A stretch of DNA of 64,000 nt from Anaerolineae bacterium (GTDB taxonomy: Bacteria; Chloroflexota; Anaerolineae; S140-20): positions 1 to 64,000 of the forward strand of contig JALUTT010000092.1 in NCBI GenBank assembly GCA_027021705.1, read 5' to 3'. The first letter of the stretch is position 1; every line of letters starts with the position of its first letter. The notes below the pieces were generated by a model that was not told the origin of the DNA, searched no databases, and worked only from the letters and a program-made list of their open reading frames with translations. The position numbers were made by a program, and so were the translations under genes. Of this stretch, positions 1 to 10,472 are shown one piece after another.

Positions 1-265
1 GCCGGACCGTGGAGCGGCTGGACCGGCTGGAGCAGGTCGTTGCGGGCCTGGCCGAAGCCCAGCGCCGGACCGAGGAGCGGCTGGACCGGCTGGAGCAGGT
101 CGTTGCGGGCCTGGCCGAAGCCCAGCGCCGGACCGAGGAGCGGCTGAACCGGCTGGAGCAGGTCGTTGCGGACCTGGCCGAGGCCCAGCGCCGGACCGAG
201 GAGCGGCTGAACCGGCTGGAGCAGGTCGTTGCGGACCTGGCCGAGGCCCAGCGCCGGACCGAGGA
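1..265 (+). repeat. 63-bp coding tandem repeat, at least 4 units
   Basis: Unit starting gccggaccg recurs at 1, 64, 127, 190 and 253 with few substitutions. Confidence 0.95.
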
Positions 266-788
266 AACCGTCAGGAGACTGACCGAAACCCAACAGCAGA
301 TTCTGAAGGACCTGGCAACTCTGCAGACCACCGTTGGGGGCATTAAAGGTCGCCTGTTGGAGATCACCTACCGCCAACGAGCGGGTACTTATTTCGGCCC
401 TCTCCTCCGTCGTGTGCAGGTCTTTGCTCCCCACGAGATCGAGGACGACGTGGAACCCCACCTCACCTGGGAGGAATTCCAGGACCTGCTCCAGCTCGAC
501 TGGGTGGTCAAGGGACGGCCCCGGCGGATGGAGAGGGCCCCCTGGGTCTGGCTGGCGTTGGAAGTCTCCTCGGTGGTGGACCGCCGCGACGTGGAGCGGG
601 CAGTGGAGCGGGCCGCACTTCTGCGGAAAGCGGGGCTGCTGGCGCTGCCGGCGGTCGCTGGCGAGCAAGTCACCGAGGGAGGCGAGGCACTGGCCGAGGA
701 GAAGGGCGTGGTGATGGTGATTGATGGATGGACCCGCTTTTGGGAAAAGGCGTGGAAATGGGCCCAGGAAGCCCAACAGGAAGGGTAA
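1..788 (+). CDS. Coiled-coil repeat protein with C-terminal PD-(D/E)XK-like domain (5' end probably outside the window)
   Basis: 21-aa repeats (RRTEERLDRLEQVVAGLAEAQ) followed by G..LE, LDWVVKG and LALEVS, a restriction-endonuclease-like pattern; repeat runs off the window edge. Confidence 0.65.
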   Translation, partial: RTVERLDRLEQVVAGLAEAQRRTEERLDRLEQVVAGLAEAQRRTEERLNRLEQVVADLAEAQRRTEERLNRLEQVVADLAEAQRRTEETVRRLTETQQQILKDLATLQTTVGGIKGRLLEITYRQRAGTYFGPLLRRVQVFAPHEIEDDVEPHLTWEEFQDLLQLDWVVKGRPRRMERAPWVWLALEVSSVVDRRDVERAVERAALLRKAGLLALPAVAGEQVTEGGEALAEEKGVVMVIDGWTRFWEKAWKWAQEAQQEG

Positions 789-864
789 CCCTCGGAGCGT
801 GAACGGATAATCTTTTGGGTGGCACCGACGCCGGCGAAGCCAACCCGGCAGGGAGACCTGTTGT

Positions 865-3800
865 ATGGAGAGGTTCCTGGCCCTCCTGGATGATCTGCGC
901 CGCCTCCATAGGCACCTTGACCTGGCTCAGGTGTTGCCCCAGGCCCTGGCCCTGGTGCAGAGAGCCATCCCCACGGAGGCAGCTGCTCTGGCCCTCCTGG
1001 ACCCCGACACGGGGGACCTGGTTTTCCAGGCTGCCACCGGCCCCGGCATAGACCAGGTCGTCGGGATGCGTTTTAGTCCCACGACAGGTCTCACGGGTCA
1101 GAGTGTCCTGACCAACTACCCGCTGCTTGTTCGTGCTCCTCAGGACGCTCTCCACTTCCATAGCCGTGTGGACAGCCGCCCCCACCTTCCCCTCCGGGAA
1201 CTGCTCTGCATCCCTCTGAGCGACGCCGAAGAGCGACTGGGCGTGATCCAGTTGCTGAACAGAGTGGACGGCTCCTTCGGTGACGACGATGTGGATCTCC
1301 TGAGCCGGCTGGCAACGGAGGTGGTCATCGTCATCCAGAACGCACGCCGCTATGAGAAGGAGCGCCGCCGGCGGCGGGTGGCTGATGCCCTCCTGGCTGT
1401 CTCCTCAGCTCAAGCGACCACCGTAGACCTGGAGGCCCTGCTCAATATCATCCTCGAGCAGCTAGGCCGCGTTGTCCCTTACGTGAGTGCTGCCATCTTC
1501 CAAGTGGACGAAAGCGGTCAGGGCCGGGTCCTGGCTCAACGGGGCTTTCCCCGTCCCGATATGGCCGAACAGGCCGCCAAGGTTCTGGGCGTGGACACGC
1601 GGATGAAGGTGCTCCGCTCCACAGGCCGCCCGCTGCTCATCGCCGATACCCACCACGATCCTCGCTGGCCTGCCCTGGCCGGCTGGGAGTACGTGCGCTG
1701 CTGGATTGGAGTCCCGCTCTTGGATAAGCAGCGCTTCATCGGGGTCCTGAGCGTGGACAGCGGGGAGCCGGCCAGCTACGGCGAGGAGGAGATCAGCGTG
1801 GTCAGCGCCTTTGCCCAGCAAGCTCTCTTGGCTCTCCAGCGCTTCCACGCCCAGCAGGAAGCCGAGCGAGCCACTGCAGAGCTGGCGACCAACGCCCGGC
1901 GAATGTCGCTCCTCTACGAAACCAGCCACCTTCTCCTCTCTCACCTTCAGCTCAATGACGAAAAGCTGGAGCAGGTGGTCCGGTGGATGGCCGAGCTGAC
2001 CCAGGCTCGTTACTGTGCCCTGCACCTCCTACCCGCCTCAGGACAGGAAGAGCGCATCATCGTTCACGGCATAGATGAGTCCTATCGGAGCATCCTTCCA
2101 TCCCATCCAGAAGGCGCGGGACTCCTGGGGCATATCACTCCCTCCACCCCTGTCGTCCGCAGCGATGATCTCTCCAAGGACTCCCGGGTGCAGGGGTTCC
2201 CTCCTCATCACCCCCGGATGCACACCTTCCTGGGTGTGCCGGTCACCGCCCAGGGACGGCTTCTAGCCCGTTTCTACCTGGCCGACAAGCAAGAGGGCAA
2301 GCCCTTCACCGCCGAAGATGAGGCGTTGGCCAAAGCATTCGCCGCCACCGTCGCCACAGCGCTGGAGAATACCCGCCTCTTCCAAGAGAGCCAGCAGCGG
2401 TTGCGGGAGCTTAAGGGGCTCTACGAAATCTCCCGTGCCTTGGGCATGGTGATTGAACCGAAGGAGCTCTACGGCCAAATCGTCGCCCAGATCGCCGAAC
2501 TGATGGATGTGGAGATCTGTGCCATCTTCACCCTGGACCCTGATCGGGAAGAGATGTTGGTCTGCCAACCGCCGGCCGTAGGGCTGACCCCTGAACAGGT
2601 CTCCCAATTGCGCTTTCCCCTCCGACCGGAGACAGGGTTGCAGCTGGCCTGGCAGGAGACCGGACCCCGCTGGGCCAACAGGCCCTACCAGGAGAGAGAC
2701 CTGGCCCCCTTCTGGGACATCATGCGCCAACTGGGCATTCGTCAGATTCTGGGGTGCAACCTCTGGAGCGGGCATCGGAGTTGGGGTATGTTGGCCGTCG
2801 CCAACAAGCGGGATGGCTCCGAGATCACCGAGGCCGATGCTCGTCTCATCTCCACCCTGGCCCATCAGGCAGCGGCCATCCTGGAGAAGGTTCACTTGCA
2901 GCGAAAGCAGCGGGAGGAGGCCGAGATCACCGCTGCCCTTCTGGAAGTGAGCCAGGCCATCAACGACCTGATTCAACTGGGGGAGATCCTGGAGCGGGTG
3001 ACCCAGATCACCCCTTCGTTGGTGGGCTGTGATTGCTGTTTGATCCACTTATGGGATGCTGAGCAAGAGCGCTTCTTGCCTGCCGAGGCTGCCGGCCTCA
3101 CGCCGGAGCAGCGGGAGCGCTTCTTCCGCCACCGGTGTCTGCCTGCCGATGTTCCCTATGTGACCGACGAGGGAATTCCTCGGAAGACCCCGTTGGTCAT
3201 CCGAGACACCCGGTCCAGCCCCCAGGTCCCCGAATGGCTTCGCCAGGAGATGGCTGTTCGCTCGTTGCTGGCTGTGCCCATCCTGAGCAAAGACCATCTT
3301 GTAGGAGGACTGCTGGTCTACAACAGCCATACCTCTCGGACCTTCAGCGAACAGGAGATCGCTATTGTCACCGGCATCGCCCATCAAACTGCCATCGCCA
3401 TTGAAAACGCCCGGCTCTACCAGGAGCTCCAAAAGCGGGCTCAAGAGCTGGAGCGGGCCTACGAAGAGTTGAAGGACTTGGACCGGATGAAAAGCGAGTT
3501 CATCCAGAACGTCTCCCACGAGTTGCGTACGCCGCTCACTTTTGTTCGCGGCTATGTGGAGCTCCTGCTCTCCGGCGACCTAGGTCCCCTTAACCAGCGC
3601 CAGCGGGAGAGCCTGGAGATCGTGGCAGCCAAGAGCGGACGGCTGGCTGAATTGGTCAATGATGTCATCACCCTCCAGACGGTGGATGCCGATTCCCTGG
3701 AGCGCAGCGACGTTCCTCTCAGCTTGGTAGCTCGCTCGGCGATGCGAGGAGCGGCTGCTAAGGCCAAGGAGGCCGGTCTGACGCTACAGGAGGCCTTCGA

Positions 3801-4185
3801 AGAGCCGGAGAACACCTTGGTGTACGGTGACCCCCACCGTCTGGAGCAGGTTTTCGACAACCTCCTCAGCAATGCCATCAAGTTCAGTTCCCCTGGTAGC
3901 ACCATCACCGTGCGGATCTACGACGATGGCGATGTCGTCCGGGCGGAGGTGGAGGACCAGGGGATTGGGATCCCTGAGGAGGCTTTGCCCCACATCTTCG
4001 ATCGCTTCTATCAGGTGGACGGCTCCACCACCCGCCGTTATGAAGGGACTGGGTTGGGTCTGGCTATCGTCAAGCAGATTGTCGAGGCCCATGGTGGCGC
4101 GGTTGGGGTAGAGAGTCAGGTGGGAGAGGGAAGCTGCTTCTGGTTCACGATCCCCAAATACCAGGATGGGGGATCTGAGACGTGA
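865..4185 (+). CDS. Cytoplasmic sensor histidine kinase with about five GAF domains
   Basis: Repeated GAF motifs (LLCIPL, IGVPL, FLGVPV, LAVANK, LLAVPI), H-box SHELRTPL, N-box NLLSNAIKF, G-boxes DQGIGI and GTGLGL; no transmembrane segment seen. Confidence 0.92.
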   Translation: MERFLALLDDLRRLHRHLDLAQVLPQALALVQRAIPTEAAALALLDPDTGDLVFQAATGPGIDQVVGMRFSPTTGLTGQSVLTNYPLLVRAPQDALHFHSRVDSRPHLPLRELLCIPLSDAEERLGVIQLLNRVDGSFGDDDVDLLSRLATEVVIVIQNARRYEKERRRRRVADALLAVSSAQATTVDLEALLNIILEQLGRVVPYVSAAIFQVDESGQGRVLAQRGFPRPDMAEQAAKVLGVDTRMKVLRSTGRPLLIADTHHDPRWPALAGWEYVRCWIGVPLLDKQRFIGVLSVDSGEPASYGEEEISVVSAFAQQALLALQRFHAQQEAERATAELATNARRMSLLYETSHLLLSHLQLNDEKLEQVVRWMAELTQARYCALHLLPASGQEERIIVHGIDESYRSILPSHPEGAGLLGHITPSTPVVRSDDLSKDSRVQGFPPHHPRMHTFLGVPVTAQGRLLARFYLADKQEGKPFTAEDEALAKAFAATVATALENTRLFQESQQRLRELKGLYEISRALGMVIEPKELYGQIVAQIAELMDVEICAIFTLDPDREEMLVCQPPAVGLTPEQVSQLRFPLRPETGLQLAWQETGPRWANRPYQERDLAPFWDIMRQLGIRQILGCNLWSGHRSWGMLAVANKRDGSEITEADARLISTLAHQAAAILEKVHLQRKQREEAEITAALLEVSQAINDLIQLGEILERVTQITPSLVGCDCCLIHLWDAEQERFLPAEAAGLTPEQRERFFRHRCLPADVPYVTDEGIPRKTPLVIRDTRSSPQVPEWLRQEMAVRSLLAVPILSKDHLVGGLLVYNSHTSRTFSEQEIAIVTGIAHQTAIAIENARLYQELQKRAQELERAYEELKDLDRMKSEFIQNVSHELRTPLTFVRGYVELLLSGDLGPLNQRQRESLEIVAAKSGRLAELVNDVITLQTVDADSLERSDVPLSLVARSAMRGAAAKAKEAGLTLQEAFEEPENTLVYGDPHRLEQVFDNLLSNAIKFSSPGSTITVRIYDDGDVVRAEVEDQGIGIPEEALPHIFDRFYQVDGSTTRRYEGTGLGLAIVKQIVEAHGGAVGVESQVGEGSCFWFTIPKYQDGGSET

Positions 4186-4199
4186 GGGCGACCAAACAG

Positions 4200-4229
4200 A
4201 AACGGGCCGGACGAGCCAGCCCGTTTTTC
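4200..4229. terminator. Probable terminator between convergent genes
   Basis: aaacgggc...gcccgtttt stem-loop between the kinase and rpoD stop codons. Confidence 0.6.
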
Positions 4230-4249
4230 TCTTCTCTCCGGAGGGGCTT

Positions 4250-5449
4250 TTACCCCAGGTACTCCCGCAACTGGCGGCTGCGGCGGGGATGGCGAAGCCG
4301 GCGCAGAGCCCGACCCTCAATCTGCCGGATTCGCTCTCGAGTCAGCCCGAACTTCTGCCCTACCTCTTCTAGGGTGTAGCTCCGCCCATTGAGCAACCCG
4401 AAACGGAGACGCAAGATGCGCGCTTCGCGCGGTGAGAGGGTGGACAGTACCTCCTCGATCTTCTCTCTCAACAAATTGTGGTAAGCATTCTGAGGAGGCG
4501 TGGGCGTGGATTCGTCCTCGATAAAACCCCCTAGCTCATTGTCCTCATCATCGCCGATGGGTTGCTCCAGGGAGAGAGGGGCCCAAGAGACGCGGAGCAT
4601 CCATTGAACCTTCCGGGGCTCCATATCTAACTCTTCGGCCAACTCCTCCGGCGTTGGCTTATAACCCCACTCCTGCTCCAGTTCCCACGCCGTCTTGTAG
4701 AGCCGTCGAATCCGGTCCGACATATGGACTGGCACCCGGATCGTCCGTCCCTGGTCCGCGATGGCGCGGGTGATCGTCTGCCGGATCCACCAGGTGGCGT
4801 AGGTGCTGAAACGATACCCTCGCTGGTAGTCGAACTTCTCTACCGCCTTCATCAAGCCCAGATTCCCTTCTTGGATTAGGTCCAGGAAGGGAACTCCTCG
4901 GCCCATATACTTTTTGGCGATGCTCACCACCAGCCGGGTATTGGCCTTGATCAGACGCTCTCGGGCTGCCAGACCCTCTTCGACGACCTTCTTTAGATGG
5001 GCGATCTCGTCGGGATCGTGTCCATTGCCTGAGATCTCCGCCAGCCGACGCTGGGCCTCCTGCCCCCGCTCCAGTTGCTTGGCCAGGGCCACCTCTTCCT
5101 CCGTGGTCAACAGGGGCACCTGAGCCATCTCTCGGAGATAGAGCCCAACGGTATCGTCGCTGGCGATCTCGCCAAGGTCGAGCTCCTCGTCCTCCCCAAC
5201 TCCGGGACCAACCTCTTCGTCAATCTCCTCGATCTCTATGACTTCTTCCTGTCCCTTTCGCTCTTGAACCTCCTCTAGATCATCGTAGACCTGAATACCG
5301 ACTTCATGACAAGCGAGTAAGACCTCCTCCAATTGATCCAGACTTTCCTCCGTCTCGGCCAGGACCTCCAGGACATCCTCCATCACCAGATACCCTTGAG
5401 TGTCCGCCTTTTCCAGCAACTCTTGCAACACATCCTCCCATACAGCCAT
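4250..5449 (-). CDS. rpoD: RNA polymerase sigma-70 factor, RpoD/SigA type
   Basis: Region 1.1-like N-terminus, [56 protein letters not shown]; start placed at ATG 5449. Confidence 0.92.
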   Translation of the reverse strand: MAVWEDVLQELLEKADTQGYLVMEDVLEVLAETEESLDQLEEVLLACHEVGIQVYDDLEEVQERKGQEEVIEIEEIDEEVGPGVGEDEELDLGEIASDDTVGLYLREMAQVPLLTTEEEVALAKQLERGQEAQRRLAEISGNGHDPDEIAHLKKVVEEGLAARERLIKANTRLVVSIAKKYMGRGVPFLDLIQEGNLGLMKAVEKFDYQRGYRFSTYATWWIRQTITRAIADQGRTIRVPVHMSDRIRRLYKTAWELEQEWGYKPTPEELAEELDMEPRKVQWMLRVSWAPLSLEQPIGDDEDNELGGFIEDESTPTPPQNAYHNLLREKIEEVLSTLSPREARILRLRFGLLNGRSYTLEEVGQKFGLTRERIRQIEGRALRRLRHPRRSRQLREYLG

Positions 5450-5527
5450 TGCTACCACCCACCCTTCTAGATTGTTAAAGGGAACTACGACCTTTACGGT
5501 AACGCCAACCGACAGCAACAGAATCCG

Positions 5528-6019
5528 TTACGACAGGAGAGCCCGAAGTTGGGTTAGACGAGGGTCAACCGCCTCAACGACGCAGGAGCACGATCCCTCG
5601 TTGAGATTCTGACCACACTGACTACACAATCCCCGACAGTCTGGACGACACAAGGGACGCCAAGGTATGCTCAGCAAAACGTACTCACGGAGGGCCGGCG
5701 CCAGATCAATCCAGCCGCCCTCCGTGATGTGGTAGAGAACACTCGGTTGATGGGAAGCGGGGGAGAGAAAGAGAAGGTCTTCGACCTCGACTGTCAGGGT
5801 GAGGGGAAAGGGGGTGAGGCAGCGGATGCACTCCGCCTCGATCTCGACGACTAGCTGACCGGAAGCCAGCAGGCCGTTATGAATCCTTGCCAGGGTCAGG
5901 GCACCCTGCAAAGACTGGACAACCAGGTCTTCACCCAGAGTATAAGGCCCGGTATCGAGGCTCAGCGTTTCTCGAGCGCCGAGAGGCCCTTTCAGTAGAT
6001 GGGCAACCTGGTAGCGCAT
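5528..6019 (-). CDS. yceD: YceD/DUF177 family protein
   Basis: ECIRCL and PLCRPDCRGLCSQCGQNLN..CSC...DPR motifs. Confidence 0.88.
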   Translation of the reverse strand: MRYQVAHLLKGPLGARETLSLDTGPYTLGEDLVVQSLQGALTLARIHNGLLASGQLVVEIEAECIRCLTPFPLTLTVEVEDLLFLSPASHQPSVLYHITEGGWIDLAPALREYVLLSIPWRPLCRPDCRGLCSQCGQNLNEGSCSCVVEAVDPRLTQLRALLS

Positions 6020-6107
6020 CACGCCCCAGCACGAAGAACCACTACGATCCCGGATGGCCACTCGGCCTCACGGGCGGGCAACGACGAGTCTCGACGAAGA
6101 TGTTGAG

Positions 6108-6136
6108 ATTATAACATAATCATGCGCCAAAGTCAA
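6108..6136 (-). promoter_or_regulatory. Sigma70-type promoter for yceD-rpoD
   Basis: Minus strand TTGACT-N17-TATAAT with extended TGn. Confidence 0.75.
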
Positions 6137-6146
6137 GGTTTTTTAA

Positions 6147-6299
6147 TTGTGATTGCCTATATCTCGAGGGCAGAGGGGGTGGCCGTCGGCGAATATCCCA
6201 CGAGTGGACAAATAGGTTGGCTAGTCATCCGCGCATTTATGCTTCGTTCGCGGATGGCCCATCACGGGTGTTCCTCTACCCACTTGTGGGTAATCACCG
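6147..6299. mobile_element. MITE family A, diverged copy
   Basis: Ends GTGATTGCCTATATC and CACTTGTGGGTAATCACCG match the 26674-26828 element; similar length. Confidence 0.65.
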
Positions 6300-6302
6300 G
6301 TT

Positions 6303-7076
6303 TTAAACCGCTTCTCCAACCCATCGCACAGGGATCCCCTGATCGGCCAGATAACGCTTCACCTGGCCGATGCTCAGCCGGCGGAAGTGGAAGAGGCTGG
6401 CAGCCAAGGCAGCATCGGCCCGCCCCTCCGTTAGCACCCGGTAGAAGTGCTCCAAAGCCCCCGCCCCACCCGATGCGATAACCGGCACCGGCACGGCTTC
6501 GGCGACAGCCCGGGTGAGGGCAACGTCGTAGCCCGCCTGGGTGCCGTCGGCGTCCATCGAGGTTAACAGGATCTCGCCGGCCCCCCGGTCCGCCACCTCC
6601 CGGACCCAGGCGATGGCGTCCTTGCCTGTCGGCGTCCGCCCGCCCCGGATGTAAACCTCCCACCCCCCTTCCGCCCGCCGACGGGCATCAATGGCGACGA
6701 CGATGCACTGGCTGCCATACCGCTTCGCCCCCTCGGTGATGAGCTGAGGGGAACGCACGGCCGCGCTGTTGATGCTCACCTTGTCGGCGCCTGCCTCCAG
6801 CATCGCCGCCATATCGGCCAGGGAACGCAGCCCGCCTCCCACGGTGAAGGGAATGAAAAGCTGATCCGCGACCTGCCGGACAACCTGTCGCATAATCGCC
6901 CGCCCCTCGTGGGTAGCCGTGATGTCCAGAAAGACCAGCTCGTCGGCCCCCTCGGCGTCGTAGATGGCGGCCTGTTCCACCGGATCGCCGGCGTCCCGCA
7001 GGCGGACGAACTGAACCCCTTTGACGACGCGGCCGGCGTGCACGTCGAGACAGGGGATGATCCGTTTAGCCAGCAT
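6303..7076 (-). CDS. hisF: Imidazole glycerol phosphate synthase cyclase subunit
   Basis: [43 protein letters not shown]. Confidence 0.97.
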   Translation of the reverse strand: MLAKRIIPCLDVHAGRVVKGVQFVRLRDAGDPVEQAAIYDAEGADELVFLDITATHEGRAIMRQVVRQVADQLFIPFTVGGGLRSLADMAAMLEAGADKVSINSAAVRSPQLITEGAKRYGSQCIVVAIDARRRAEGGWEVYIRGGRTPTGKDAIAWVREVADRGAGEILLTSMDADGTQAGYDVALTRAVAEAVPVPVIASGGAGALEHFYRVLTEGRADAALAASLFHFRRLSIGQVKRYLADQGIPVRWVGEAV

Positions 7077-7827
7077 CTTCTCCCTGCAGTCGAGCCAACT
7101 CTTCCTCAAGCTGCTTGAGACGGGCTTCTGCCTGTCGCCGGCGTTCAGCTTCTCGACGGGCCCGCGCCTCTGCTTGCTGCCGACGCCGAACCTCCTGTCG
7201 CCGGGCTTCTTGGGCCTCCAGCGGGGTGAGCAGACGTTCTCCCGTTGCCGGATCGTACAGCCGCAACATCCCCTCTTCCACCCGCATCTCCAGTCCCAGA
7301 ACTGTGCTGGCGAGCCGGATCCCACCCTCCTCGGCTTCGAGAAGAGGAATGGGCCGATAGTTAGTCTCTTCCAGCCGATACCCCTGCAGTACAGGTTGAA
7401 GGTATTCCCCTACCGGATCAAACAGGAAATACTCCCTTACCCCCAGATAGGCGTAAATCCCCTTCTTGCTCCCTAGGTCCTGCCAGCGGGTCCCCAAAGA
7501 CGTGACCTCAAAGACGACATCCGGCCCTTTTCCCTCCTCCCACACCTTGTAGATCCGGCGGGGCTGCCCAGGGACCCCGAAAACGACGAAGACATCTGGA
7601 GCAACGACAGCCGCTGGATTCCCCTCTTCGTAGTAGACGAAGAGGTTGCCGGCCACGTAGACGTCCTCCTGCTCCCGAAAGTGATCCTTGAGCGCTTCGA
7701 TGAGGTAGACGATCTGCTCACGGTGGAAGTCGGTCTCGGCCATCGGCTCCCCATCCGATTCAAGGTAGATGATCTGAGGGCGGATCCCGATTCGGGCAGA
7801 TGCTCCCGTTACGACCGTCTCACCCAT
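7066..7827 (-). CDS. Uma2/DUF820 family endonuclease-like protein
   Basis: E.DGEPMAE...[32 protein letters not shown]-terminal coiled coil; SD ggaggagg before ATG 7827. Confidence 0.88.
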   Translation of the reverse strand: MGETVVTGASARIGIRPQIIYLESDGEPMAETDFHREQIVYLIEALKDHFREQEDVYVAGNLFVYYEEGNPAAVVAPDVFVVFGVPGQPRRIYKVWEEGKGPDVVFEVTSLGTRWQDLGSKKGIYAYLGVREYFLFDPVGEYLQPVLQGYRLEETNYRPIPLLEAEEGGIRLASTVLGLEMRVEEGMLRLYDPATGERLLTPLEAQEARRQEVRRRQQAEARARREAERRRQAEARLKQLEEELARLQGEDAG

Positions 7828-7847
7828 CTTGGCCTCCTCCACCGGAC

Positions 7848-8645
7848 TTACCGGCTCAGGGCTTCCCCGTCCGTCCGCCCCAGTATACCATCACCCTTCC
7901 CTTGGGTCAACTGAATGGCTTCGGTCAGGGAGAAGTTCCCTTCGTAGAGAGCCCGTCCGATGATGACCCCAACGATGCCGTCATCCCGATGAGCCTGGAG
8001 ACGGCGCAGGTCCTCCAGCGAACGGACCCCTCCCGAGGCGATGACCTGTAGTCCGGTGGCCCGGGCCAGGGCCACCGTCGCCGACACGTTCGGCCCGGTC
8101 TGCAGGCCATCCCGGGCCACGTCGGTGAAGACCAGCCAGCGCAGGCCCCGTTGGGCTAGCCGCGTTGCCAGGTCCACCGCCCGGAGTTCCGTACCTTTCT
8201 GCCATCCCCGCACCCGGACCAGGCCGTCACGGGCGTCCACGCCGGCGACCACCCGATCGGGGCCGAAACGGGCCAGGGCCTGGTCCAGCACCTCCGGGCG
8301 TTCCACGGCCACCGTTCCCAGGACGACGCGGGTGACACCCATCCCCAGCGCAGCCCCCACCGCCTCCAGGGAGCGCATCCCCCCGCCGAATTGGACGTGG
8401 GCTCCGAAGTTCGCAGCGACGCTCAAGATGGCCGCCAGGGCCTGTCGGTTCGCGGCATCCTCCTCGCCAAAGGCCCCATCCAGGTTCACCACGTGCAGCC
8501 AGCGGGCGCCGGCCTCCAGCCAGCGCCGAGCCACCGCTGCCGGATCGTCGGCGTAGACCGTCTGACGGCCTGGATCGCCCTGCTTTAGGCGGACGACCCG
8601 CCCCTGACGCAGGTCAATGGCCGGGTAGAGGGTGAAGGTCGTCAC
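7848..8645 (-). CDS. hisA: ProFAR isomerase
   Basis: LYPAIDLRQGRVVRL.QG, LHVVNLDGA, QFGGGMRS, IASGGV, GVIIGRALY. Confidence 0.96.
   Translation of the reverse strand: MTTFTLYPAIDLRQGRVVRLKQGDPGRQTVYADDPAAVARRWLEAGARWLHVVNLDGAFGEEDAANRQALAAILSVAANFGAHVQFGGGMRSLEAVGAALGMGVTRVVLGTVAVERPEVLDQALARFGPDRVVAGVDARDGLVRVRGWQKGTELRAVDLATRLAQRGLRWLVFTDVARDGLQTGPNVSATVALARATGLQVIASGGVRSLEDLRRLQAHRDDGIVGVIIGRALYEGNFSLTEAIQLTQGKGDGILGRTDGEALSR
7882..7910 (-). promoter_or_regulatory. Internal promoter for the Uma2 gene inside the hisA 3' end
   Basis: Minus strand TTGACC-N17-TATACT with extended TGn. Confidence 0.6.
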
Positions 8646-9250
8646 GGCGCTTCTCCTTTCTGGAGGACTGCCCACATCAGGAACCCCTGTTCGCGATCGT
8701 CCCGATGGTGGATTCCCACCCGGGTGAAGCCGGCCTGCTGGGCCAGCGCCCGGACCTCCTCGGGTCGGTAGGCGTGGGTCAGGGGGCTGATGAACAGGTG
8801 CTCCACCAACTCGAAGAAGGGCGCAATCCAGTGCCGACCGTCTACGTCGGCCAGGACGAAGAGGCCACCGGGCTTCAGGGCGCGGGCCACTTCCCGGAAG
8901 ACCTGCTGGGGCTTGGGCAGGCAGTGGAAGGTCATCACCGCCATCACGCCGTCCAGGCAGCCGTCCTCAAAGGGAAGGGCTGTGGCCGAGGCCTGCACGA
9001 AGTGAAGCGGCCGGGGAGTTGCCGGGAGGGATCGGCGGTCGAGCGATTCCATCGTGATGTCGAGGCCGACGACGCAGGCTTCGGGGAGCCGGCGGCCGAG
9101 GAAAGCGGTACCGGCTCCGCTGCCGGCGCCCAGGTCCAGCACACGGGCCTGGGGCGGGAAGGAGAGCTTCTCCAGGGCGAAGGCGTAGGCCCGGGTCGAG
9201 CGGGCCATCGGGGTGCGGCGGAGCAGCCGCTTCAGCCAGTTGATCATCAC
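8642..9250 (-). CDS. Class I SAM-dependent methyltransferase
   Basis: VLDLGAGSG, LPFEDG, LKPGG motifs; overlaps hisH stop and hisA start. Confidence 0.88.
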   Translation of the reverse strand: MMINWLKRLLRRTPMARSTRAYAFALEKLSFPPQARVLDLGAGSGAGTAFLGRRLPEACVVGLDITMESLDRRSLPATPRPLHFVQASATALPFEDGCLDGVMAVMTFHCLPKPQQVFREVARALKPGGLFVLADVDGRHWIAPFFELVEHLFISPLTHAYRPEEVRALAQQAGFTRVGIHHRDDREQGFLMWAVLQKGEAP

Positions 9251-9867
9251 AGCGGATCCTTGGGAAGCGTGAGGAAGTTGCGCAGGATGCGCAGGCCAAC
9301 AGCCTGGCTCTTCTCCGGGTGGAACTGGAGGCCGAAGACGTGGCCCCGCCCCACGACGGAAGCGTACTCGAGACCGTAGTCGGTGGTGGCCAGCACCAGG
9401 GAAGGGTCGGCCGGCCGACAGTAGTAGGAGTGGACGAAGTAGACGTAAGCGCCGTCGGGGACGCCCTCCAGCAGAGGATGGGGCCGCTGCCGGTGCAGTT
9501 GGTTCCAGCCGATCTGAGGGACCTTCAACCCCATCCCGTCGGGGAAGCGGACGACGCGACCGGGGAAGATGCCCAATCCTTGGTGCTCACCCATCTCCTC
9601 GCTGACTTGGAAGAGGAGTTGCATCCCCAGGCAGATGCCCAGGAAGGGGGTGCCGGCGTCAATGGCCTCGCGGAGGGGGGCTTCCAAGCCCAGCCGGCGC
9701 ACAGCTTCCATCCCATCGCCGAAGGCCCCGACGCCGGGGAAGACGATCCGGTCCGCTCTGCGGATCTCGTCGGGGTCGCGGGTGATCCGCACCGGCGCTC
9801 CCAAGTGGCGCAGCGCCTTCTCCACACTGCGGATGTTGCCGATGCCGTAGTCAATCAACGCAACCAC
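9247..9867 (-). CDS. hisH: Imidazole glycerol phosphate synthase glutaminase subunit
   Basis: DYGIGN, PGVGAF, LGICLGMQ, YFVHSY, QFHPEKS. Confidence 0.97.
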   Translation of the reverse strand: MVALIDYGIGNIRSVEKALRHLGAPVRITRDPDEIRRADRIVFPGVGAFGDGMEAVRRLGLEAPLREAIDAGTPFLGICLGMQLLFQVSEEMGEHQGLGIFPGRVVRFPDGMGLKVPQIGWNQLHRQRPHPLLEGVPDGAYVYFVHSYYCRPADPSLVLATTDYGLEYASVVGRGHVFGLQFHPEKSQAVGLRILRNFLTLPKDPL

Positions 9868-9878
9868 GCTTCAACCCC

Positions 9879-10472
9879 TCACAAACGCCCCTTCGTCGAA
9901 GGCACACGCCCCCCACGCCGAGGGTCGAGGCGGGTGGCAGCGGCAAGGGCCCGCCCCAACGCCTTGAAGAGGGCTTCCGCCTTGTGATGATCGTCCCGCC
10001 CGTAGAGCACCCGCGCGTGGAGGTTCATCCGACCGTGGACCGCCAGGCTCTCCAGGAAGTGAGGGATCAGACTGGTGGGCAGTTCCCCGATGGTTGTTCC
10101 CCCCCAATCGGCCTCGACGACGGCGTAGGGCCGGCCCGAGAGGTCCACGGCGACGAAGGCCAGCGCCTCGTCCATCGGCACGTAGGCGTGCCCCATCCGC
10201 ACGATCCCCCGTCGTCCCCCCAGCGCTTGGTCCAGCGCCTGCCCCAGGACGATGGCCACATCTTCCACCGTGTGGTGGGCGTCCACGTGGAGGTCCCCCT
10301 GGGCGTGGACCGTCAGGTCGAAGAGGCCGTGGACGGCCACGTGGTGCAGCATATGGTCGAGGAACCCGATGCCCGTGGTCAGGTCCACCTGACCGGTTCC
10401 GTCCAAGTTCCAGCGCACTTCCACCGTCGTCTCCGCCGTCTGCCGGCGTACCCGGGCGACCCGTTCGCTCAT
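9879..10472 (-). CDS. hisB: Imidazoleglycerol-phosphate dehydratase
   Basis: [39 protein letters not shown]. Confidence 0.97.
   Translation of the reverse strand: MSERVARVRRQTAETTVEVRWNLDGTGQVDLTTGIGFLDHMLHHVAVHGLFDLTVHAQGDLHVDAHHTVEDVAIVLGQALDQALGGRRGIVRMGHAYVPMDEALAFVAVDLSGRPYAVVEADWGGTTIGELPTSLIPHFLESLAVHGRMNLHARVLYGRDDHHKAEALFKALGRALAAATRLDPRRGGRVPSTKGRL

Noticed and set aside
1..265. Regular direct repeats suggestive of a CRISPR array
   Set aside because: Units are contiguous, in frame and have no unique spacers; it is a coding repeat
7077..7325. N-terminal extension of HisF in the ORF track (similar extensions for FabG, TatC, AcsB, RpoD)
   Set aside because: Artefacts of the most upstream start; they overlap neighbouring genes and family-typical starts lie downstream
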